From positions 14,519 to 78,518 of IMG/VR virus record IMGVR_UViG_3300005805_000071: a stretch of DNA of 64,000 bases, one strand, 5' to 3'. Below, one piece after another: positions 47,812 through 55,377 of the stretch. Source of the DNA: a virus (taxonomy: Duplodnaviria > Caudoviricetes). The notes under the pieces were generated by a model, which was not told the origin of the DNA, did not search any database, and saw only the letters and a list, made by a program, of their open reading frames with translations. Made by a program: the position numbers and the translations under genes. The stretch's first letter is position 1; the number at the start of each line of letters is the position of its first letter.

Positions 47812-47976
47812 TCAGTAGTTAGAAACAGTGGTGAAGATGATGCCAGTTTCGTTATAACGAAGGTCAACATCACACTGATACTCTTCAGAGAGATCATAGG
47901 CAAGATCGTATGCACGATCCATGTCTACAGTAGTGTTCTCCCAAGGAGCAGCATGACACTTAACGTCGATTCGCAT
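47812..47976 (-). CDS. Hypothetical protein (54 aa)
   Basis: Start moved to MRIDVKCHAAPWE; the track start lies inside the promoter cassette. Confidence 0.75.
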   Translation of the reverse strand: MRIDVKCHAAPWENTTVDMDRAYDLAYDLSEEYQCDVDLRYNETGIIFTTVSNY

Positions 47977-47982
47977 TTGTTT

Positions 47983-48055
47983 GATTTCTTTGACTCTTAT
48001 AGTATGGCACAGATGGGGGGCAGAGTCAACCCCCCAGACCATTAATGTTGCTTAT
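47983..48055 (-). promoter_or_regulatory. Early promoter cassette copy 2
   Basis: TTGACT(48024-29)-N17-CATACT(48001-06); box at 48040-55. Confidence 0.75.
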
Positions 48056-48095
48056 AGGCATCATGAGGACCGATTAAGTATCCTCATGGCAACAT

Positions 48096-49328
48096 TCATC
48101 GAGTCATGGTAGAAATAGCAGGGACACCTTGCACAAAGATAGTATCAACAACAGACTGCAATCGCTTGGCAATAGCACTACCATAGTTGGTGAACACGGG
48201 CACGATCACACTACCAAACTGTTTGCGATACAGATGACATGCACCAGCAGGAATCTTGCCAGATGCAATATCAGCAGCATCATCTTTGTCCATACGGATA
48301 ACACGTCCTACGGTCTGTGCCATCTCGATGATAGGCATTTGACGCAACATAATGCAGTGAGAGAGACCAGGAACGTTGATACCTTCGGACAGAATACTAT
48401 AGTGAAGCAGCACAAACTTCTTAGATTTGTCTTTGCCCCACTCGGTCAGAGTGTCAAAGAACTTCTCACGATTGACCTTTGTACGATTAACATAGGCACC
48501 GTGCTTAGATGTAATGTGAAGGATGCCATATCCACGATCTTCCAACTCTTTCAGGATGTCAGAGTTAGTGAGCATATTCCACATAACTTTCGTGCTGGGA
48601 GCAGCTACGAGCACCTTAGGATTGTCATGCTCGATGTTATCGAGAATGTCCACAATCATGTTACGATCTGCCTCTGCTGCAGTACGTTTGTCACGGGTAA
48701 TATCTACTTTGTAGGTATCAACTTGCGGAGGAATGATACAACCAGTCTCAATCAGTTCTTTAGCACGAACGTTGTGAATCACGTTTCCGTAGATGCTAAC
48801 GTTGTTCATGCCGTTAGCATTAGGATTGGTGTGATGTTTGGGAGTTGCAGTAAAGAAATACTTGCTATCTGCGGACAGAGATGTAGCAGCAGTGGCAATA
48901 AAATGCTTCTTCTGAGTAGAATTGTGTGCCTCATCGAAGTATGCTACATCAGCACACACACCAGCATCAACTACACGACCGAGAGAATGATAGGTAGTGA
49001 AGATGATACGATTGGTGTCCGCATGTTGAGTAACCCAATCCGCAATCTTGTCGGATTTGGTAGAAGAATAGTGATGAGTTTCACCACTATGAACGTGCAT
49101 CACATTGGCAGAGGTGATAAACTCCAGAAACTCTGCGGAGAGTTGCTCAGCAAGCAGAATACGAGGTGCAACAACAACAGCAATTTGACCAGGATTCTGC
49201 ACAAAACGTTGCAGCAGATTCATGATCATGCAGAGAGTCTTGCCACCACCAGTAGGAATAACGATCTGACCGATCTTGTGCTGGTTCATTGCATCAAGCA
49301 CACGGGATTGGTGGAGTCGCAGTTTCAT
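48096..49328 (-). CDS. Superfamily 2 DEAH-box helicase (ResIII-like)
   Basis: PTGGGKT, FDEAH, FTATP, ILSEGINVPG, QTVGRVIR; start moved to MKLRLHQ, downstream of the promoter. Confidence 0.9.
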   Translation of the reverse strand: MKLRLHQSRVLDAMNQHKIGQIVIPTGGGKTLCMIMNLLQRFVQNPGQIAVVVAPRILLAEQLSAEFLEFITSANVMHVHSGETHHYSSTKSDKIADWVTQHADTNRIIFTTYHSLGRVVDAGVCADVAYFDEAHNSTQKKHFIATAATSLSADSKYFFTATPKHHTNPNANGMNNVSIYGNVIHNVRAKELIETGCIIPPQVDTYKVDITRDKRTAAEADRNMIVDILDNIEHDNPKVLVAAPSTKVMWNMLTNSDILKELEDRGYGILHITSKHGAYVNRTKVNREKFFDTLTEWGKDKSKKFVLLHYSILSEGINVPGLSHCIMLRQMPIIEMAQTVGRVIRMDKDDAADIASGKIPAGACHLYRKQFGSVIVPVFTNYGSAIAKRLQSVVDTIFVQGVPAISTMTR

Positions 49329-49351
49329 AGTAATTTGATTGGTATGTGAAT

Positions 49352-49406
49352 ACAATAGAGCACAAAGGTCTAGAAGTCAACCCCCTAGACCATTAGACAA
49401 TCTTAT
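49352..49406 (-). promoter_or_regulatory. Early promoter with upstream box
   Basis: TTGACT(49375-80)-N17-TATTGT(49352-57); degenerate box at 49391-406. Confidence 0.8.
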
Positions 49407-49417
49407 GGATAAGATAA

Positions 49418-49951
49418 TCAATCCTTATCGTTATTTTCTTTTTCGCTATTTTGATCAGGTGTAATAGTTTGAAGAGATTTATTTCCAACCATAAACTCCA
49501 TAAATCTATCTGTCCCCAAATAATACCATTGCCCTGCAATTTCATACTGAAGATTCATATTGAAGTGCATTGAGTTTCGTATAATCCAATTCAGAACGAC
49601 AGAATCAATTTTCTCACCACACTCTCGTACTTGCCAGTAAGTAAATTGTTCAGATGCAACTGCATCTTCAACTACACGCTCAGTAATAATTACTTTGGAT
49701 TTATCAGGTCTCATCCATAACGGAAGTGCAATCGGTTGCTGTAACCAAAGACATTTGTAATCTTTACACATATCTGGACGATGTTCGTAGATTGTGCAAC
49801 ATCCACCAGAACAACCCTCATTTACAAAGTGGCACGGATTATTTGCTTCCATTTTATACTCAAAAATGTCACCAGATAACCAACCCTGGCAACACATAGA
49901 GCACGATCCACAATCTCTCTTATAGTCTATAGATTCAATGAAATAAGTCAT
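49418..49951 (-). CDS. YkgJ-like Cys-cluster (Zn/Fe-S) protein
   Basis: CGSCSMCC ... CHF ... CTIYEHRPDMCKDYKCLW. Confidence 0.8.
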   Translation of the reverse strand: MTYFIESIDYKRDCGSCSMCCQGWLSGDIFEYKMEANNPCHFVNEGCSGGCCTIYEHRPDMCKDYKCLWLQQPIALPLWMRPDKSKVIITERVVEDAVASEQFTYWQVRECGEKIDSVVLNWIIRNSMHFNMNLQYEIAGQWYYLGTDRFMEFMVGNKSLQTITPDQNSEKENNDKD

Positions 49952-50223
49952 ACGGAATAAATTAACTTCTGTTGTAATTTAGGCATGGCACTGTAGGGAG
50001 TTGTCTTATTCAAATCCACTACATTACCCATTGTTTTACTATTCTTTGGTGCGTAGAATTGTTTTGTCTTGGTGTTGTAGAATCCCCAGATACAACTACA
50101 TTCAGCACCATTATTGTAGTCAAACCGACGATCAAAGTGAATCCAGATTGCAATAACATTGCTCTTAAAGTCTCGCTTCTCATAGTGATAACCTTCAGGT
50201 GGTTTGTGAAATAATAGTTTCAT
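49948..50223 (-). CDS. Hypothetical protein
   Basis: 91 aa, overlapping start/stop with neighbours. Confidence 0.75.
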   Translation of the reverse strand: MKLLFHKPPEGYHYEKRDFKSNVIAIWIHFDRRFDYNNGAECSCIWGFYNTKTKQFYAPKNSKTMGNVVDLNKTTPYSAMPKLQQKLIYSV

Positions 50224-50414
50224 GCTGTTTGCCAGGATTGTGCTTCTTTAATATCACTATCCCAATACTTCAACATGATGCTGTTAATAACAGGATACCA
50301 TGGTTCGTTAGCACTAGGATACCCACATTCTTGTGCTTGGCGAAGAAACTTTAGGATGCAAGTCTCTTCATCTTTAGTGAACTCAACTCGGTTGAGAGTG
50401 TAACCAGTGTTCAT
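50220..50414 (-). CDS. Hypothetical protein
   Basis: 64 aa. Confidence 0.7.
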   Translation of the reverse strand: MNTGYTLNRVEFTKDEETCILKFLRQAQECGYPSANEPWYPVINSIMLKYWDSDIKEAQSWQTA

Positions 50415-50418
50415 GATT

Positions 50419-50580
50419 TCAGACAGAAGGAGTAACTTCGATTTCTTTAATGTTTAGTCCACACAACTGATTGTAGACACGGTTGAGAATCAATTTGTCT
50501 GCGGACTTTGCCTTGGATTTCTCATACCAAATGGTAACACATTGATCGTAGGTTTCAACCCGAACACGATAGTTCTTCAT
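50419..50580 (-). CDS. Hypothetical protein (53 aa)
   Basis: Start moved to MKNYRVRVETYD; the track start lies inside the promoter cassette. Confidence 0.7.
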   Translation of the reverse strand: MKNYRVRVETYDQCVTIWYEKSKAKSADKLILNRVYNQLCGLNIKEIEVTPSV

Positions 50581-50586
50581 CGAAGC

Positions 50587-50659
50587 GATTTCTTTGACTC
50601 TTATAGTATTGCAGAGATCACAGCAGAAGTCAACCCCCTGATCCATTAGTGTCTCCTAT
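50587..50659 (-). promoter_or_regulatory. Early promoter cassette copy 3
   Basis: TTGACT(50628-33)-N17-AATACT(50605-10); 45/47 nt identical to copy 1; box at 50644-59. Confidence 0.75.
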
Positions 50660-50881
50660 CCATCCATCTCTCTTAGTTAAGATATTCTCATCTACTTCAA
50701 TTACTTCAAAATCTTCACCAACAGAGACAGATTCAATCATACCAGTTCCAATGTTTTTATCTTGACTAAGTAACTGAATATATTCAATAATTTCTCCTGG
50801 ATGTAATGGACTCTCAATGCGTCTTATATCTACATCACCATCTAAAAAGTTTATTTGTATGGTATAACGATACTTCTTCAT
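50630..50881 (-). CDS. Hypothetical protein
   Basis: 83 aa, AT-rich; stop overlaps the -35 of cassette 3. Confidence 0.6.
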   Translation of the reverse strand: MKKYRYTIQINFLDGDVDIRRIESPLHPGEIIEYIQLLSQDKNIGTGMIESVSVGEDFEVIEVDENILTKRDGWIGDTNGSGG

Positions 50882-50887
50882 AGTTAG

Positions 50888-51805
50888 TTACCAGGATTTA
50901 GCGATAGTGAAATTGTAGAACGAGAACTTCTCCCGTTTGACTAACTTGAACGTGCCAAACTTGTTACTAGCAACGAAACCCTCATGATTGACTCGTTCGA
51001 TGTCAACACCAAGATCAATGATAGTATCAACAATCTCGCAAGATGCAAGACCTTCCATGATCATTTCCTTTGCTTGAGTGATGAGATTGAACAGCAGCAA
51101 CATATTGCCAGAGATACAATCAACAGGACGATTATCTTTGATACACTTGTTAATTGCAATCTTCAGTCTTTCGATCTCTTTCTTGTCCGTAGGGTACTTA
51201 ACAAAATTGCTAACCACACTTGCAAGACCAAGAATGTAATCAACTCTACGACGACGGGAGGTAATGTGTGCATTGGTATTTACAAAATAGGTTGACATAA
51301 AGTTATTCTTCAGATACTCAGGTACACTGAAAGATGCAGTCAATTCTTTGATCGAGGGTCCAGTATAATATGTATGACAAGCAAACACAATAGAGCAATT
51401 AAGAATATCTTTGTGTTTAGAATCAAAAATATAGGTAATAGTATTTGCTTTAAGAGTAGTTTGACCACCAAAACCAATAAAATCACCCTGATAAATGCCT
51501 TCCACCCTCGGCAATGCTTCAAGACAGGTATGAAGTACACCAGCAACTTTCGGATTGTTGCTGTGATTCTTCTCGATGTCAGCATGAGTATAATTGATCT
51601 TAACTTTTACCTTGTTGAATATACTTTTAGTTGCAACAAAGAACTTACCATTCTCAGGATTCGTGCCAAATACAATAGCAGGAGCACCATCCCATTTTGT
51701 AGATACAGTGCTATCTTTCTCCCTAAGGAAATTGATAACTTGCTGGACAGATTGCTTGCCCAGCAGTACAGAATCTTCGGGATGCTCTAGATGAATGTTT
51801 TTCAT
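50888..51805 (-). CDS. DUF6267-type protein with ligase-like nucleotidyltransferase motifs
   Basis: Start moved to MKNIHLEHPED; STKWDGAPAIVFG, YQGDF, HEGFV, FKLVKREKFS. Confidence 0.7.
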   Translation of the reverse strand: MKNIHLEHPEDSVLLGKQSVQQVINFLREKDSTVSTKWDGAPAIVFGTNPENGKFFVATKSIFNKVKVKINYTHADIEKNHSNNPKVAGVLHTCLEALPRVEGIYQGDFIGFGGQTTLKANTITYIFDSKHKDILNCSIVFACHTYYTGPSIKELTASFSVPEYLKNNFMSTYFVNTNAHITSRRRRVDYILGLASVVSNFVKYPTDKKEIERLKIAINKCIKDNRPVDCISGNMLLLFNLITQAKEMIMEGLASCEIVDTIIDLGVDIERVNHEGFVASNKFGTFKLVKREKFSFYNFTIAKSW

Positions 51806-51811
51806 GATTCT

Positions 51812-51866
51812 AGTATTGCACAAAAAAAGGGGTCTGTCAAGACCCCTGAGCATTAGTGTTGCTTAT
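51812..51866 (-). promoter_or_regulatory. Early promoter with upstream box
   Basis: TTGACA(51835-40)-N17-AATACT(51812-17); box ATAAGCAACACTAATG at 51851-66. Confidence 0.8.
51822..51847 (-). terminator. Intrinsic terminator whose loop is the -35 hexamer
   Basis: AGGGGTC-TTGACA-GACCCCT followed by a T run on the minus strand. Confidence 0.7.
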
Positions 51867-52081
51867 CACTGATCAGTGCAGGCATAGAATACCTTATCAG
51901 TGAGAAAGTTGAAGAGTTTGCTAACATCTTCAACCAGTTTGTTCACCTCATAAGTGTGAATCTCCCAACGCACCTTGATGTCTTGAATGTATTGCTCCCG
52001 AGTGATAAGAACTTGAGGAACTTTCACTTCAGGAGTAACAACAACAGGAGCAACAGGTTGCTGTTTGCGAGTGCGAGGCAT
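51866..52081 (-). CDS. Hypothetical protein (71 aa)
   Basis: Start moved to MPRTRKQQ; LITREQYIQDIKVRWEIHTYEV. Confidence 0.75.
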   Translation of the reverse strand: MPRTRKQQPVAPVVVTPEVKVPQVLITREQYIQDIKVRWEIHTYEVNKLVEDVSKLFNFLTDKVFYACTDQ

Positions 52082-52105
52082 AGTTGATTTGTTTTGTACT
52101 TTCAT

Positions 52106-52134
52106 AGAATAGGGTATGGGACAGAGAAAGTCAA
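52106..52134 (-). promoter_or_regulatory. Early promoter
   Basis: TTGACT-N17-TATTCT; the upstream sequence is TGTGACAGACTGTTAA instead of the usual box. Confidence 0.75.
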
Positions 52135-52166
52135 GGGGTCTTAACAGTCTGTCACATTTATACTAA

Positions 52167-52295
52167 TTAACGACGATAAGGAGAGTTCCAATACTTACGG
52201 AAGGCAGCAACAATAATAATAAACGTCGAAACAACACCAACAAAACCAATGAAGGTGGTAACATCACCGTTGAAAGAATAAGTATCAGGAGTCAT
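52167..52295 (-). CDS. Small membrane protein (42 aa); not in ORF track
   Basis: MTPDTYSFNGDVTTFIGFVGVVSTFIIIVAAFRKYWNSPYRR*. Confidence 0.75.
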   Translation of the reverse strand: MTPDTYSFNGDVTTFIGFVGVVSTFIIIVAAFRKYWNSPYRR

Positions 52296-52297
52296 GA

Positions 52298-52489
52298 TTA
52301 GTTAGAACGAGAGGAACCGAACAGTGTACCAATAAGCAATACAATCACCAGGCATTTCCAGAAGGCAAGTGTAATACCGAACCATCCTAGCACAACACCT
52401 AACACCCATGCTTGCAATCCAAGGAGAGCAATAGCAAATGCAATTATGCCGAGAAATACACCCAAAGGCACTTTCTTATGGGTTTTCAT
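52298..52489 (-). CDS. Small two-helix membrane protein
   Basis: 63 aa, strongly hydrophobic. Confidence 0.7.
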   Translation of the reverse strand: MKTHKKVPLGVFLGIIAFAIALLGLQAWVLGVVLGWFGITLAFWKCLVIVLLIGTLFGSSRSN

Positions 52490-52587
52490 TAGTTATCGTC
52501 CTCAAATCGTTGTGGTCCTTGTAGTACATAATTGATGAAGATTCCACCAATCATAGCACCAGTAAAAGCAAATAGAAAAGTCACCAT
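52489..52587 (-). CDS. Small membrane peptide (32 aa); not in ORF track
   Basis: MVTFLFAFTGAMIGGIFINYVLQGPQRFEDDN*, coupled to both neighbours. Confidence 0.55.
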   Translation of the reverse strand: MVTFLFAFTGAMIGGIFINYVLQGPQRFEDDN

Positions 52588-52820
52588 CAAAGTCTCCCTG
52601 CTTGATTAACAAAATCTTTGGCATCGCAAACTGTTTGGAAATGTGCGATAGTTTCGAGATCAATAGCAGCAGCACCAGCAGCAAGTTTGATCTCATTTAC
52701 TTTGCGAAGTTCGTATCCTTCAAGTACAGTACCATGGATCTCTCCAATATACTGACCATCAGAAAAGATCCACTCACAATACTTTGGATCTGCAAAGTTC
52801 ATCTCGTAAGTGATGCTCAT
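52587..52820 (-). CDS. Hypothetical protein (77 aa)
   Basis: Start moved to MSITYEMNF, downstream of the promoter. Confidence 0.7.
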   Translation of the reverse strand: MSITYEMNFADPKYCEWIFSDGQYIGEIHGTVLEGYELRKVNEIKLAAGAAAIDLETIAHFQTVCDAKDFVNQAGRL

Positions 52821-52843
52821 GTCGTTTTGTTGTGTACCTTGAT

Positions 52844-52899
52844 AGTATTGCATGGGATTGGGGGTCTTGTCAACCCCCTGAATGATTAGAGATTCTTAT
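52844..52899 (-). promoter_or_regulatory. Early promoter with upstream box
   Basis: TTGACA(52868-73)-N18-AATACT(52844-49); degenerate box at 52884-99. Confidence 0.7.
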
Positions 52900-53213
52900 G
52901 GGCAATCTGTCCTGCTTCCAATGATAGGAATACCCAGCACGGTAAGTGATGACGTACCACAGATAATCTCTCTTGGATAACGTCTATAAACTCTTGGTGG
53001 TGCAGGTCTACCTACGGGAGGAACATAACCATATATTTCACACGGTTCTACTACATCTTCCTCCATTGTGTAAGAACTATGCCAGCGACCATACCTATCA
53101 TAATGTCCTGCAATTACAGTCCGTTTAGTTCTAACACACATGCTAACTTCATCATGATGAGCAAGAACAGGAGCAGGCAAAAATAATAGTAAAGGAAGAA
53201 GTAGTTTTAACAT
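52896..53213 (-). CDS. Exported hypothetical protein
   Basis: 105 aa with a signal peptide (APVLA|HH). Confidence 0.7.
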   Translation of the reverse strand: MLKLLLPLLLFLPAPVLAHHDEVSMCVRTKRTVIAGHYDRYGRWHSSYTMEEDVVEPCEIYGYVPPVGRPAPPRVYRRYPREIICGTSSLTVLGIPIIGSRTDCP

Positions 53214-53214
53214 T

Positions 53215-53553
53215 TTATTCAGTATAATTTGCGATATGCTCTAGCAGCATAAATCCATAGGTTTCTCCATCTTCGGCATCAACCCATTCTTTATACTCTT
53301 GATAGATTGCAAGAGCATTTAGTTCATCTCCAGTTTCTAGATGATGATTGAATACTTTTTCCATCTTTTCAAGTTGATCCTGAATAATATCATTTGCATG
53401 ATAAACAGGATTACTGAAGAACTTTTTTAATTTGTTCTTACTGAGCATTTTGTAGTCTCCTGAGAAAGAGTTTTTTCGCTTTTTTGAGTTGACGAGTCCT
53501 AGCGGATCGCTTAGGACTCTTATCATTTCTACCACGAGATCGTGGAGATTCAT
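53215..53553 (-). CDS. Hypothetical protein
   Basis: 112 aa; start uncertain. Confidence 0.65.
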   Translation of the reverse strand: MNLHDLVVEMIRVLSDPLGLVNSKKRKNSFSGDYKMLSKNKLKKFFSNPVYHANDIIQDQLEKMEKVFNHHLETGDELNALAIYQEYKEWVDAEDGETYGFMLLEHIANYTE

Positions 53554-53588
53554 GTGATTTTAGGTGCATTGTTTTGACCTCTTGGAGT

Positions 53589-53642
53589 AGAATAGGGTAC
53601 AACCCCAAGAATGTCAAGGGGTTTTGTATTAGTGTTGCTTAT
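53589..53642 (-). promoter_or_regulatory. Early promoter with upstream box
   Basis: TTGACA(53612-17)-N17-TATTCT(53589-94); box ATAAGCAACACTAATA at 53627-42. Confidence 0.8.
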
Positions 53643-53651
53643 GAATAAAAG

Positions 53652-53885
53652 TCATAGATCAAGTTTTTTTAATGCGTTGTCAGTTTGAGATAATCGTTTT
53701 GCCCAAGTCATACCACCTTCTTTACCTAAACATGGATTTGCACAGTTCTGTCTTTTTTCTTCAGGCAGATTGTTACAGACGAGACCAGCAAGATCCAGTT
53801 CATTCCCCTTTTTTGCAGTACCAGACCAATAATGCTGTCCGTCGATCCATTTTGCTCCACAAACAGAGCAAAGTTTTGTTTCCAT
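53652..53885 (-). CDS. Small Cys-containing, possibly Zn-binding protein
   Basis: 77 aa; CSVCGAKWIDGQHYWS...DLAGLVCN...CANP; I recall similar proteins in cyanobacteria. Confidence 0.7.
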   Translation of the reverse strand: METKLCSVCGAKWIDGQHYWSGTAKKGNELDLAGLVCNNLPEEKRQNCANPCLGKEGGMTWAKRLSQTDNALKKLDL

Positions 53886-53930
53886 TGATCGACTCCTATA
53901 AGGATTTACTATTTAGTATCACGATAAACT

Positions 53931-54521
53931 TTATTTACTATTATTCATAACCTTTGTCACGATAGTATGATAATCTTCTCTACTACGATTATATTGCACT
54001 TTCAGTTCATCAAGTTCACCATCTACCTTATAGAATAGATCTTGGAGTTCTTCATGTGACCGTTCTAGATCTTTATACTTATCGTTGAGTTTGTTGTACT
54101 CATCAATAGCAGCACGATAGTTCTTATAGATTTGCTCCTTAGATTCAGCAAGCATAGGATTAAGATCTAGATATGCACGTTGATTATAGTATTCTGCTTC
54201 ACGCAGATTATATTCATAACACTGTTCTTTCTCTTGTTGAGAGGCAGCAGCATCACACATAGCATCTAATTCTTCATCAGTGTATTGTGCTTGATACTTT
54301 CGATCTTGAATTGATTCAGTTGTAGAACCTACAACTTCGTTCCATGCGTTCTTAAATGCTTTATCTTGTTTGTCAATAAAGTATTCAAACAGATCAACTG
54401 CCACTGCGAGAACTTTAGGATCTTCAGTGTTATCACGAATCAGATCACGAACAGTTAGATAGTTCGTGATCGTAGAATCAAGATCATTCATCACATCCCA
54501 ATACGGACTCGTCATCTTCAA
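53931..54521 (-). CDS. Coiled-coil hypothetical protein
   Basis: 196 aa; contains YTDEELDAMCDAAA. Confidence 0.75.
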   Translation of the reverse strand: MKMTSPYWDVMNDLDSTITNYLTVRDLIRDNTEDPKVLAVAVDLFEYFIDKQDKAFKNAWNEVVGSTTESIQDRKYQAQYTDEELDAMCDAAASQQEKEQCYEYNLREAEYYNQRAYLDLNPMLAESKEQIYKNYRAAIDEYNKLNDKYKDLERSHEELQDLFYKVDGELDELKVQYNRSREDYHTIVTKVMNNSK

Positions 54522-54669
54522 GCATCCTCGTAATTGATTGTTCTAGGATAGCAGTAATCTCTGCCTCTGTCAAGTCATTTAGAAATGAGTATTTGGGATC
54601 CTCTTTATCCCAAGAGATCTGAAGTGTTCCATCTTCATTCTCAGTTACCTGCAATGTATCCTCTTCCAC
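54484..54669 (-). CDS. Acidic hypothetical protein
   Basis: 61 aa; VTENEDGTLQISWDKEDPKYSFLN. Confidence 0.7.
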   Translation of the reverse strand: MEEDTLQVTENEDGTLQISWDKEDPKYSFLNDLTEAEITAILEQSITRMLEDDESVLGCDE

Positions 54670-54857
54670 TATGAATCTCCTAACGTAAAGTTTTTAAGTG
54701 TTGACCATTTGGGGTTGTCAAGTATATCTTGTCTGTTCTGCAATTCATATAACTCATTAGATAACCCTATATTTTCCTCTTCCAAGTATGCAACACGTTC
54801 TTCTAAATCTTTCAGTCTTTCATGTAGATTTTTGATTGCGAGTTCGTAATACTTCAT
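54669..54857 (-). CDS. Coiled-coil hypothetical protein
   Basis: 62 aa. Confidence 0.7.
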   Translation of the reverse strand: MKYYELAIKNLHERLKDLEERVAYLEEENIGLSNELYELQNRQDILDNPKWSTLKNFTLGDS

Positions 54858-55012
54858 TGAAACCTCATGTTAGGGTGAACATCGGAAGCACCATCTAAGG
54901 ATTTAACTAGAAGTTCAGTAAATCGTTCCATCTTTTCTGGATGTACTGATGCTGGGTAATTAGTGATAGCATCTTTCAATGCTTTCATTTCATTCCATTC
55001 ATCTTGGGTCAT
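54854..55012 (-). CDS. Small hypothetical protein (52 aa); not in ORF track
   Basis: MTQDEWNEMKALKDAITNYPASVHPEKMERFTELLVKSLDGASDVHPNMRFQ*. Confidence 0.75.
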   Translation of the reverse strand: MTQDEWNEMKALKDAITNYPASVHPEKMERFTELLVKSLDGASDVHPNMRFQ

Positions 55013-55077
55013 AGAAATCTCCTTGATTACCATACTATATTATCCAGAAATCAACACAAATCAAGGATTCTTAATGT

Positions 55078-55377
55078 TTAATTTAGACTGCTGTAACATT
55101 CTGCAACATAATCTTTTTTCACAAGTTTGTGCCGTTCGATGTATTTATGAACGTGTGATTCATGAGAGAACCAGCACACTTTCTTGCCTTTTGGTTCTGC
55201 ATGTTCAATACGATAGGGAAAGGTTTCATATGGAAACTTATCCAGATCACTCGTAGGTTTGATGATCTGAGTATCATCTACTTTCTTTGCCCTAGGTTTA
55301 GGTGCTGGTTTCTTCTTAGCAGCAGGTTTCTTCTTTGCTACTGGTTTAATCTCTTCAACCTTTTTAGTTCTTGGCAT
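55078..55377 (-). CDS. Hypothetical protein with a Lys/Ala/Pro-rich N-terminus
   Basis: 99 aa; KPVAKKKPAAKKKPAPKPRAKK. Confidence 0.75.
   Translation of the reverse strand: MPRTKKVEEIKPVAKKKPAAKKKPAPKPRAKKVDDTQIIKPTSDLDKFPYETFPYRIEHAEPKGKKVCWFSHESHVHKYIERHKLVKKDYVAECYSSLN

Noticed and set aside
48129-49349. 406-aa plus-strand ORF antisense to the helicase
   Set aside because: It mirrors the helicase almost end to end, has no recognisable motif, promoter or RBS, and is explained by codon bias leaving the antisense frame stop-free.
43800-52853. ORF-track upstream starts (44213, 46787, 48042, 49355, 50646, 51853, 52105, 52853)
   Set aside because: These extensions run through promoter elements or upstream genes; downstream ATGs follow the predicted TSS and A/C-rich leaders.
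44223-53642. Dispersed repeats as a possible CRISPR or mini-array
   Set aside because: Copies are degenerate, irregularly spaced by hundreds to thousands of nt, tied to promoters, and no cas genes are present.
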